Of a stretch of 36,711 nt of DNA, positions 1 to 11,199 are shown one piece after another. Within the stretch, counting starts at the first letter, position 1. Each line of letters begins with the position of its first letter. A program made the position numbers and the translations under genes. Origin of the DNA: Sporopachydermia quercuum (Eukaryota); contig BCGN01000011.1 of the NCBI GenBank assembly GCA_001599295.1, forward strand, positions 372,001-408,711, written 5' to 3'. Below the pieces are notes generated by a model that worked only from the letters and a program-made list of their open reading frames with translations, made no database searches and had not been told where the DNA came from.

Positions 1-250
1 AATGCCATCCGTTTGCTACCTACTGAGCAAGGTAAGTTTTTCACCGGTAAAGAGTCGCAAATAGTTATTCCAATGGTGTTTATCTAAAAAACAGATCAAC
101 AATTCAACAATAACCAGTCAATAATGCAGATCCCACATGTTTTCTCCCTGTTTTTCAGTCCCATCAGCTATCTACCGAAAAGTCTGTGAACTAATTTATT
201 AAGGTTCGACCACAAACTTTATATATGAGCATAACGTTTTGAAACGTTAA
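1..250 (+). CDS. Possible 3' end of an unidentified spliced gene entering the window (exon 1-31, intron 32-203, exon 204-250)
   Basis: AG|GTAAGT donor at 32, AACTAAT branch-like site at 189-195 and AAG acceptor at 201-203 give a 172-nt intron, typical for this window. The spliced frame 1 reads NAIRLLPTEQ-G-STTNFIYEHNVLKR* (TAA 248-250). No homology recognised. Confidence 0.3.
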
Positions 251-3200
251 TAGAGTTCAGACTTATTGTTATAACTTAATATTGTTAGTGGATTTAAATC
301 TTAATCATCTCACGATCTTAATTGATACATCAGATTAACAATAAAAGTTCAAGTTTAACAAGCTGTTCAAAATGAATTCTAGAAGAAATAACCTTAGATA
401 GGAAAAATGGCTCAATGATTAGAGATATACGATCTTCTNAATAGTCCGAACTTCAATTCTTCTGGTTTATGGTTGTTGGAAATCAATTCAGACTTGGTTA
501 CTGCATTTGGTGGTATTATTATAACTATTATTATATTCAGCACTTGAATGGCCAGCTAACACTTACCAGGGATGATAGAATAGGAATGTCCAAAAAGTAG
601 CACCTTCACATTTCACTTGAATGCAACTGCCAGTACCTTTCGGCGTTACTTTTGATTGACCTTTGAAAGCAGTTATCGTGTTCAAGATAAGAGTATAATA
701 TGGAGCTCGACATTACAAGAATATTTGGATTTATTTATGGCGCATACCGCCACTACAACCACAGCAGTGTGTGTATGGGGNCAGTAGTACAGGCTTTTGA
801 GTGGTGCGCAGAAGAAGCACGAACCTCTTACCAGCAGATACTGTCCATCTGTAATAGCCTGTTCTGTTTCTCATAGTAAATTGAAGTTGATTATTTTCTA
901 ATCTTTTACATGGTACATAGAACCGAAAGAGGATCCAACAAATGAATTAACGTTTAGAAAATCATTAATCTTTTGAACTCTAATAACATTTGGGAGTAGA
1001 TTTTCTGTAAAACAATATAAATGAGTCTTAGGGTCGGGATTCAAACATAATTATTATAATTTGAAATCATTTGACAAAGAGGGAGTGGCCTTAATCTATA
1101 GACCATTGTCAACCAAATTTTCAGATATTAAATGGTATCAAATGCGTTAAAAAATTCTANACCCAGGTAGCTTTTCAAATGATTTATCAGAAAGCTTGAA
1201 GGTCCATGAAATTGTGCGTCTGAAATTAATACCAAGAAATGATTAGTGTTTATGTTAATCTGAAATGCAGAATCCCACATGATCTGGATTAAACGTGAGA
1301 GATCAATGATAAGAGAATTTGTTGATACAACTTCAATTGGTGTCAATCAATTTGTATAATAATACTTCTTTGTGCTTGTGCGGCAGTTAACTAATTTTTA
1401 TTTTGATTAACTAGATTTTTTATTGAACTGGTCTTCACGATATTGCAATAAAGAATGTCTATAATCTGTTTAGACTTCAGAACTAACTGCCCGAAAGGGA
1501 ATTTCTACATTCTAATTAACATTTCTGGAATACAGTTTAATGCATGCCTAACTGATCTTTATTTTATCACTTGAAACTGGATCATTTATATTTTATCCGT
1601 TTCAAAGTTCTTCCTTACAGAGTACCTAACAACTATTCACTAATTTACTACAACAGATGAAGTTTCATTCATTTTGATTATAATACTGAGTTTACCCAAC
1701 CAGCCGGTTGCATACCAGTAATTGATGTGACTCAGGTTTACTTGACTACATATTATCCAATTGCTGGTGAAGTCTTGAATCTGAGGGGCTTATCATGAAA
1801 TCAATTCAAAACTATGGTTAGACAGAAATAGTATCAGAATATNGTCAACACTATTAACATACCTACTAATTAGAATAAAGTTATAAAATAATTCATTTAA
1901 TATTGGCAAGTAGGTTAACTAGAAGCATTTAGGATGAACCTTGTTTTGGCTCCCATGGCAATAATTTCCTTCATCATTAGAAAATTATTAAGATTCTAAG
2001 CAAATGATAAAATGTCTTGTTTAATGGGATACATGTTCATTCTAAATGAAATAAATACTATTATGAGTTAGTCAATCCAAATGGCTATTACAAATACTAT
2101 AAAATGTTCAATATGAGAAGGACAGAATTTGAGGAAATCGTAATAACAAATGGTAATTAACCTAAAGCAAGGAAAAGACGTCGAAAGAATGATGATCAAA
2201 AGCGTTGGAAAAATGATATGCAAATCTGCTCTCGAGGTTAACTTCGAATGTTTAATGAAGAGTTCATTCTATATGGCAGTCTGGGCCTCAGGTTGCCCTG
2301 TAAAAAAACATTTGGCGTCTTTTCTTGATTCACCGCGAAGTTATAGTTTAGGCAGAAAATAAACATCTGACTGAACAGCTCAATTCTCAAGTAGTATATT
2401 TCTTTGGCAAGGGTTTTAGTTAACAAACTAACACATAATATCTTCTTTTTTACCATTCATTAGGTTCCAAAGGTTACCTTTTGCTCCCAGAGTAAAAGCT
2501 TGCTCAATTGAACAACAGACATACAACAATTAAAGGAGCAATATGCCGAGAAGTCACTAGTTTTTCATATCAGAAAATAGACATTTGTAGTTGAGATTGA
2601 AGATTAGATTTGTTATCAGCCTGAAATCGACGAGTATGAANANGGNGATTCAGGTTACTCAATCTTGTATATTTTGAATTAACTTGGTTCCAAGTGTAAC
2701 CATAAATTTTTATTTCCCTGAACTCCCAAACCCCTGGCTAAAACTTCATATATAGAGAGTATTTAATTTCGAATCAAAATTCACCCATTGATTATAAACC
2801 CAACTTTCCATTTGATCAAAGTTGGTCAAGTACTTTTCAATTGCACNATCCTTGATAACGTAAAGGAAGGGACCAGACCCTTTTATCTATAATACATATA
2901 TGCTCACTCCTTATGCATCTTTTTGAGTCTAAACTTCAGGTCATTACACACACCTCAACACCATGAACGAGCTATCCATTATCTTTATCTTCCAGTCTTC
3001 TGACACTTCCCATACGTGTCTCAAATCAGGATATACTTTACTTCATTACTCCCCTCCCATCTTACTTGGTGCGAAATTTGATACACAATAAACCAAATTT
3101 CAACCTGAAAATACTTTCGTTCATAACGGTCAATTGTGTTGTTATTGACTCACCGATTATTTCAATCATATATGATTTATGTTAGTATAATAAGTCTAAA

Positions 3201-3265
3201 GCATAGAAGCATATTTGGTGAACCAGAAGACTGAATCATTTGTGGGAACTATCGTAGACTTCACC

Positions 3266-5026
3266 ATGTTGCTATGTTCAAGTAAGTACAAGTTTCTCAC
3301 AAATGCAATACAATATGCATTGATCTGTCGCGGGTTTATATATGTAAATACCTATACATATGGTAAAGCTGACATTGGAAAGTTATTAAATCAATAGCAT
3401 TCCAATTGTTCAACTGCACTTCTCAAATTCCTTGTATTCTAACAAATAATAGTTTCTAATGAGCCTGCTAAGGATCCAGTTGTTTCAACTCGTTCTGGAT
3501 GTATTTTCGATAGAAAGTTGATCGAAGCGCACATCAAAGCGAATGGCACTGATCCTATAAACAATGAACCATTAACAAACGATGACTTAATTGCTATCAA
3601 CACAACTGCACCAGCATTAATTTCACCTCCTAAACAAATCTCTCAGGTTTCAATACCGTCACTACTGTCTTCACTACAAAATGAATGGGATGCGACTGCT
3701 TTGGAGTTATTCAATCTACGGAAACAGTTATCAACTTCCAAGCAAGAGTTAAGTACTGCGTTGTATCAATATGAAGCTGCTGTTAGAGTTGCTGCAAGGC
3801 TTAGAAATGAAAGGGATGAAGCAAGAGATACTTTGGCTAAACTAAGTGCGAATTTAGGATCTACACTAGCTGTTCCTGCAAATGAAGAAGCAGAAACCAG
3901 CATTGGACCAACTACTCAAAATGAGCCAGAATCAATAGTAGAAGACTCCAATACAAAGCTACCAGAAGACGTAATTGAGCTAATTACTACCAAAAACACA
4001 GAGATATTTGCTGAGAGAAAATCAAGGAAGATTCCAGAAACATGGCTGAAAAATAATGATATATTATCTTTTACTGTTAAACCAATTCAACAAGTAAAAA
4101 ACAAATCAATCACTGGAGCACCTGTGAAGGCTGGTAATGTTATTTTTAGCAATGACGACAATAACAACACTTCTTTTATCTTTTTTGCGACCCCCGAAGC
4201 TCTATTCTGCTATTCCTTGCTCGAAGGAAAGGTATCTACGGCTAAATCTCCTAAAGGTAATTCCATCACCTCTGTCTGCCTGCATCCAACTGCTGGTAAT
4301 ACTGTGTTTGTTGGATTATCATCAGGTAGTATTTATACTGCCTCGTTAGAAAAGAAAGCTACATTGAGTTTAAAATTCCACGCTACAGATTTAACTAATA
4401 ATGGACTACCTATTGTCAGTATTATCACTCATCCAGTATCAACTTCATTTTTAATAAGTGTCACTGCTACCAGTTATACATTCTATGATTTAGAAAGAAG
4501 TAAAGTATTAGTACAAGTGCCTGCTCCAGCGGATGTTGCAGAGTTCACTACATCTTTGGCCCATCCTGATGGAACTTTACTTGCTATTGGAACAGCTGAT
4601 GGGAGTATTGTAGTATATGATATCCGACAAAGTGAAGTAGCTGCCACATTCACACCGCTATCATCCAATAAAGTTTCAGCTATCAGCAAGATTCAATTTG
4701 CTGAAAACGGTTACTGGTTGCTAGCACTAGACACTAATGGAGATCTTAAAGTATGGGATCTGAGAAAACTCAAATGCGTGAAAGAATTTACCGGACCTTT
4801 CAAGGATTTCAATTTCGACTACTCAAATCAATACCTGGCGTTACTATCAGAATCTCAATTAACAGTTGCTCAGTATACTAAAAGTGGCAAGAAGTGGCAC
4901 TCTGATTTAATCACTATAGATATATCCGGTAATTACATTCAATGGTTAGGCTCAAATACTGATTTGGCACTTGAAGTGTTTAGCTCTTCGCCTTCTGTTG
5001 TCAGTGTTGTAAAAATAGGTCTATAA
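3266..5026 (+). CDS. PRP19: Pre-mRNA splicing factor / U-box E3 ligase Prp19 (529 aa; exons 3266-3281, 3453-5026)
   Basis: Intron 3282-3452 (GTAAGT...TTCTAAC...TAG). Splicing gives the U-box start MLCSISNEPAKDPVVSTRSGCIFDRKLIEAHI..GTDPI, then the Prp19 coiled coil SIPSLLSSLQNEWDA..LELFNLRKQL..KQELSTALYQYEAAVRVAARL, then WD40 repeats (HPDGTLLAIGT, FAENGYWL, VWDLRK). Confidence 0.96.
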
Positions 5027-5206
5027 CTATTTGTTCTAGTGTATTATATGAATGTTTGGTTTATCCCTTTGGCAATTATTAATAAAAGCATGTGTAGAGG
5101 TAATGAAAATAACAGAAAAGAAATATTTTGATGCTTATGCATGGCTACTATACTAATGATACGCAAACACATAGTAATAAATTGCTTTTCAGTCTCCTTC
5201 TCTAAT

Positions 5207-6976
5207 TCAATGTTTTATTCTTGCTTTTCCAGAATATATTTTATTCTCAATCTCTAAGAGTGAACAGAAGTATTCAGTATGAGGATCTGAGTATTCTTTA
5301 GGTATTTTTCTGCTTTTCTTTTCAAATGGCACATCTCCTTTGAATAGAAAAGGAATAACCAGCTTTCCTTTATCAACAATATTCTCATTGACCCATCTAA
5401 GTTCTGCTTCTATCTCTTTTGCTAGCTGTTCTTTTACTTCTAGAAATTGGGAGTTTGTTAACTTATTCTCTACCCAGTTGTTATTTTTATCACCATAGTA
5501 ATANGTCTTTAGAAAATCATATACTGGTGGTATAGGTTTCGTAGGTTTCTTCTCCTGACTGTATTCAAAGTATTTCTCCGTAACCCTTGTTATAGCTAAC
5601 CATTCAGCGTCATATTCAAGTTGGGAATCCGTATCCTGGATATTTGTCAAAGAAGGGCTCTGCTCGCTTAAATCCATCGATCTTTTACGCTTAGCACCTA
5701 AAGTTTTATTTTTTTCCTCCCCCTTTGCTATTTCACGGTGGACTTCGTGGGCTTCATTGGCATTTGTCTCGCTGTTATTTCTATTATTGTCGATGTTCTC
5801 TATGTTCTCTGTAGTATCTTCATTGATGTTACCGGTATTTCTGGTATCTTGTTTGTCATATATATCAGATTTCACTTCAATCACAGTATCAGTTAGAAAA
5901 TGCCTTTTTGGTAGACACTTGTCAACGGCTTCGAAAAAGGTTACCTTTCCTTTAGAGTCTTCTATTNTTTTCAAAATCACATCATTGAACTCGGTCTCTT
6001 TTGATGACTCACTATTTTCGCCATTATTCTCTGAATTCTCATTCAAATCAACATTCAAATCCAAATCCAAGTCTATCTCATCTTTGTTTGCTTCAGTTGC
6101 TGGTGCTTCATTTTTCCGCTGTATACATGAATCGTAACTCTGCTTCTGCAGCTGATAATGATCTACTGTCGCTTGATAGAAGCAATGCAAATGCCCACTG
6201 TACCATTTGGCAGGTTTCAATTCATTTAGTAAAATCCTAGCTGGAACAGAACCTAATCTTCCTGTTTGAACGTCTTGCTTGAAATGTTTCTTGAACCGTA
6301 ACAACTGCTGCAGATTGCCATAATGTTCTATACCTTGAGGCCAGTCATGACTCAGCATTATATCAAGAGGTCCCTTACATAACCATAGCTTGAAAAAGTC
6401 TATCTCACGGCAGTTATATGATGATCTGATTGTGAATAGGTTGTACGGAACTCTTTCAAAATGTGGCAGCTTGAATTTTGAGTCATCGTGATAAATGCCT
6501 GATATGCCACCTATTCGAATGCCTTTGTATCTAATAACTCCGGATTTGCCCAGGAAATACATATTTGGGGCTACCCAGCCTCCATAATGTACTTCATGAA
6601 GATAATTACTTGCTTCATGATTGCCACCAATAAAAACTGTAGGAATAGGAGCTTTTTTCTTCCCTGAATAATATTGATGGAAATCGCCCATCACTCGATA
6701 CTTTTCGGGAACATTCATACAGTTCAAATCTTGGGGATTTCGAATAGCTTCAAAGTCTCCACATATAATCAAAAGGTCAACCTTTTCATATCTGTATCTT
6801 ATTGATGAATAAATTTTATCAAGAGTTCCGTGACCGCATCCTTCGACAACTATTCTTACGGGTTGGTTATTTGATGATGAGGACGATGATGACATCCTTG
6901 TACGATGGATGATAGACATATGACGTGACAGTATATTTGTAGTCGACAATATCCTTCTTTGAAGATAATGAGCCAT
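5207..6976 (-). CDS. DBR1: RNA lariat debranching enzyme Dbr1 (589 aa from ATG 6976, or 562 aa from ATG 6895)
   Basis: Dbr1 metallophosphoesterase motifs VEGCGHG, ICGDFEAIRN, FIGGNHEAS, GGWVAPNMYFLG, SHDWP, WYSGHLH, DKCLPKRHFL and YDAEWLAI. The start is uncertain: in-frame ATGs lie at 6976, 6919 and 6895. The ORF-track start at 7033 is GTG. Confidence 0.95.
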   Translation of the reverse strand: MAHYLQRRILSTTNILSRHMSIIHRTRMSSSSSSSNNQPVRIVVEGCGHGTLDKIYSSIRYRYEKVDLLIICGDFEAIRNPQDLNCMNVPEKYRVMGDFHQYYSGKKKAPIPTVFIGGNHEASNYLHEVHYGGWVAPNMYFLGKSGVIRYKGIRIGGISGIYHDDSKFKLPHFERVPYNLFTIRSSYNCREIDFFKLWLCKGPLDIMLSHDWPQGIEHYGNLQQLLRFKKHFKQDVQTGRLGSVPARILLNELKPAKWYSGHLHCFYQATVDHYQLQKQSYDSCIQRKNEAPATEANKDEIDLDLDLNVDLNENSENNGENSESSKETEFNDVILKXIEDSKGKVTFFEAVDKCLPKRHFLTDTVIEVKSDIYDKQDTRNTGNINEDTTENIENIDNNRNNSETNANEAHEVHREIAKGEEKNKTLGAKRKRSMDLSEQSPSLTNIQDTDSQLEYDAEWLAITRVTEKYFEYSQEKKPTKPIPPVYDFLKXYYYGDKNNNWVENKLTNSQFLEVKEQLAKEIEAELRWVNENIVDKGKLVIPFLFKGDVPFEKKSRKIPKEYSDPHTEYFCSLLEIENKIYSGKARIKH

Positions 6977-8304
6977 ACTGAGAGCACAAGCGCCAATGTG
7001 AATCAGCAGGTATCGGTTGACTTCAAGCGTCACTAAATGATCTGTTTATTCAGTTGTTCGTTTATTTGATGAAAATATTGAGAAAACCGAAAAAGAGGAA
7101 AATGTTGAGGATTAACTTTAAGATTTATGTATGGATTAAAAAAGTGCATAGATGAGAACTTTGATTGAAAACTCGAGAACCGTAAATCAGAGGTTTGATT
7201 GAGTTTTTTAAACCAAGCCATTTACTAGTATTTTATATGTTTAGAGTACAAAATTCAAGTAAGTTCTTCATTTCTATATACATTTTTCAGAAACAACATC
7301 ATATATAAAGAACATACTTCATGATAGACATGACTAAGACCTCTTATTGAAACAAAGTGATCAGAATTGAGTTGCAACTTTAAAATTTTATTTTTGCGGT
7401 ACATGTCAAGTTAAGCTTTCTGTTCCTGAAGTTAATTGGAATTATAGCTCTCCTAACTATGTACCGAGTATTGCAGATTATCTAAGGAGTTGTCAAGCAA
7501 GAAAAGAAAAAAAAAAAAAAGGAAGGAGAAAGAGCATTCTGGTTAACTAATCAATGAAATATCAAATCGAACTGTTGTTGATATTTCATCTTTCCAAGAG
7601 ATAGTCAAAACAAAATTTTAAACTCTTACGTCTCATGCATAATCTTGCGTAAAATACTCATCGATACCGGAAACCAATACACTGTTAAATGCTTAGGTTC
7701 ATAAGTAACATTATATATATCTTCAAGCTTTGTCTATATGCTTAATTCTATCGAAGAAAGAAAGAAAAGAAAGAACTAATCCACTCTTGTATATTCTTAC
7801 ATAATAGACAAAAAGCTTCAAACTCCATCATCTTTTCTGTCTACAGAGGGTCCCCTTGGCAGGTAAATTCTGGACCTTTTCTCTCTGCATCTTTTCCGAA
7901 ATATTTTACGGAGCGGAATTATTGGAAAAGATCCATATTACCATTCATTGAATTTCTACTCACTTAATAGATGTTATGATAAGGATGTCAACTATCTGGC
8001 AAAAATTTGCTGAGACTTGTCATTCAATTTATTATCAATGGCTCGCGGTGTGACTAATATGCATATATAACATGTTTCCTAATTAGCCTTTCCTCTAGCA
8101 AATGCAGTACCAGTATATTGGTTATATTCTAATTCTATCTCTATTATCAAACGTTGTAATTTTATATAGTCAGGTTGGTTATAGTGTTGTAAATGTTCTT
8201 CGGGGTCACAAAATTTTCACAAAAAAAAAAAGAAGAAGAAATTATCGTAAAGCGTTAATGGATACCTATAATGAATAACGTTCATATGAAGAACATCAAC
8301 TTGT

Positions 8305-10102
8305 TCAATTATTAACCTCGGTTGTAGAAACTTCCTCTCTCTCGGCTTCAGCGATTGCTTTCTCTCTTTCATCTTGAATAGCTGGGAAGAATGCTAGATT
8401 ATATCTTGGTGCGATATAATCACTATCAGCATAGCCTAAACATTGCTCTATTTCCTTACTCTGCATTCCCATAATGCGTAGAACTTCAGCAGATGAGTAG
8501 TTCACTAGTGCTCTGCCAACCTCTCTTATAGGCTTTGATTTATCTATCAAACCATCAGGCCCTTTTGATCCTGTGGCAATAGTTATGCATTCTGATGATT
8601 GGAAATTTCCTTCAATACCTATAACACCAGCTGGGAGTAAGCCTGCTTTATTCCTACTGACTATAGCTCTATAGGCTCCCTTATCAACATAAATGGTTCC
8701 ATGAGGCTTTAAAGCATGTAAAAGCCAGAATGCTCTATCTTTCACTGGCTTAACATTAGGCAAAAATCTAGTATGTAATGGAACATCGGATTCTTGGATA
8801 TCTTTCAACTCGTCTTGCTGGATTTGTTCTAAAGTTGCTTGAATAGCAACTAAATCAAACTTTTCAACATCAGATGAATCAATTGCATCTGCTTCAACCA
8901 TTGGTGAGTTATTACCTGATGTTGTCAGCGATCCTTTAGTATAATCATGAGTCTGTATATGCTTAACAATAGCAGCAATATTACCAGGTACGTCACTCTT
9001 AGTGATGATAGTTGTAACTCCTGCAGATGTAGCAAGTTCAGCAGCTATTAGTTTAGTTGTCATACCACCAGTACCTACGTTGCTACCCATAGAAGAAACA
9101 TCAACGTCCAGCTGTGATAAATCATCAACTATTAAAATAGGTTTAGCATCAGGATTGCTTCTGGGATTGTCTGTATAAAGACAATCAACATCAGTCATTA
9201 AGAATAGGTAATTCGCATTCACCATTCCTGCTGTAATGGCAGAAAGTGTATCGTTATCACCAAATCGGATTTCCTTTTTATAAGTTAGTAAATGATGGTA
9301 AGAAAGACATCTATGACTAATTTACTTTCTGAAGAGAGTTTGCACAACGAGAAGGTACAATTTCTCCATTGGTTTAACTATGTCCCTTGTATTACTTACA
9401 GATACTGATAATGTGTCATTTTCATTAACAATAGGAACAACTCCCATATGAATGAGTTCTTGCAGAGTATTAGCTGCATTCAAATATTGGGTTCTCTATA
9501 TATCATTCATTTGTTAGTATTCTCAATCTAATATTTATTGATAGCAAACTGTTATCAATATCAACAAGCGTTGATCTTGTTCTCATCTTAAGCGAAGTCG
9601 AAAAGTACTTACATCAGCAATATCGTTTCTTGTTAATAATATCTGAGCAATCGGTTGTCCCAGCTGTCTAAACATATCATCCCATAATGCTATTAACCTG
9701 CCTTGACCAATTGCTGCGACTGCTTGAACTAATGATAGCTTCTTTGGTCTTTTAGGTAACCCAATTCTCTTTAAACCAAAGGCAATGCCTCCTGATGATA
9801 CTATTATTACCCTATGGCCATCTCGCCTCAATCGAACCACAGTCTCAACAATTAGAGACATGTTCGCTATTCTAGGGTCTCGAGTTACTTCATCTACTAG
9901 CGATGATGAACCTATAATATTTGGTTAGGCTCTTTGTTCATACTGAATTAAACATTACTCATAGAACAGCTTAGAATCATGAGATTAGATGATAGAATTT
10001 TAAGCTCACNTTGAAACTCAATGAATTCCAGTCAATTGTAGAAAAACTTCAATACATACCTAGTTTAATCACAATGGTATATGTCTTTGGATGCCTAGCC
10101 AT
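8305..10102 (-). CDS. PRO1: Glutamate 5-kinase with C-terminal PUA domain (468 aa; exons 10102-10060, 9911-9613, 9495-9400, 9273-8305)
   Basis: Introns 10059-9912 (GTATGT/GCCTAAC/TAG), 9612-9496 (GTAAGT/TACTAAC/TAG) and 9399-9274 (GTAAGT/TACTAAC/AAG). The spliced protein has [62 protein letters not shown] and the PUA motif GLLPAGV. Confidence 0.96.
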
Positions 10103-11121
10103 TTTTGATGATTTATTGAGTAAATGACGATAAATNGATGTTTAATTTGTTACCAGTACTGAAACAGACTGTTTTGTGTGTATATCTTCTGATTTAGATG
10201 GTTGGTGATAATGAATGACAACAACTATTATAACATACAACAATAAAAATAGTTTCAATTTACTCTAAGCCTGTTAATTCTTCTCTATCATTTCAAAACA
10301 ACGCTCATATATCTTTCACTGCATTCAAGATCACTTCCTCCAGTATCCTTCTGAATGCTGCCTTATCTTAGTGCCTGATTCCAAATGAAGTTAGGACAAC
10401 TTTCTGATGTCAAAACGAAGTAACCAAAATGATATTAGCTTTCCCTTTTTATTGAAATCAGCCAAATCTTTAAATTCTCAAGTTCATTTAATATGTTTAG
10501 TAATATTTGTTACTGCAGAGAGAAACCTATTTAAATAGTTGTCAATTCTTTCATTTCAGTGAATGTGAGTTAAAGAAAGTTTGAAGAAGAGGAAATTTTT
10601 ACTGTGAGTAATAGGGTTTGGTAAAGTTCATGCATAAATACGCAAGTTGTTGATTAAGGTTTCCAAGTGAAGTCATGATGCACAAATGTGCATTAGAATA
10701 AAGAGTCCGTCCATTAAAGGAAGAGTTGGAGATGAGTGAGGTTAGCTTACTGAATGCTTGTTAAAAAGTATTCGTACTTAGAGATAGTCCTAATAGATTC
10801 CAGCAATGTAGTGAGTGNTTNCTCAAAAATTATACTACTTTGTTGTATGCTATTATTGCGCATTTCAAATGTATGAAGATACACTATAGATTCCTCGACT
10901 CTACCGCTTCCAGGGTGCCTCTACTATGATTTCACAGTGCATAATTTATTACACGTTCCATCAGTTTAGAAACCTTGAATAACAGTACATTTAATAATAA
11001 ATGGCCCCTGCCGTTGAAAAGTTTTTTCTTCCCTTTTTTTGAACTCCTTCCTCCACAGTGTAAGCCAAGGAGTAACTGAAAGCTCTATTCTACAGTTAAC
11101 CAATTTTAGGTTTCGAGACTG

Positions 11122-11199
11122 TGAAAATTTATAAGGTTNTCCATGTGAATATGAGAATTCCATCGAACCGCGATGAGCAGTTGAGTGAGAATTGATGAG
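11122..11199 (+). promoter_or_regulatory. RRPE plus two PAC-like elements in the divergent PRO1/QNS1 intergenic region
   Basis: TGAAAATTT at 11122-11130, GCGATGAG at 11170-11177 and GATGAG at 11194-11199 match the yeast ribosome-biogenesis RRPE and PAC consensus in the usual order. Confidence 0.45.

Noticed and set aside
6977..7221. GTG start at 7033 for DBR1 and the 62-aa upstream ORF
   Set aside because: GTG is an ORF-finder artefact when in-frame ATGs exist; the upstream ORF has poor start context and no recognisable features.
7850..7870. Minus-strand TTTACCTGCCAAGGGG resembling the U1 5' end (also CATTGCAC at ~11597)
   Set aside because: Not ACTTACCT, no U1-70K loop (GATCA.GAAG), and the two motifs are on opposite strands and kilobases apart.
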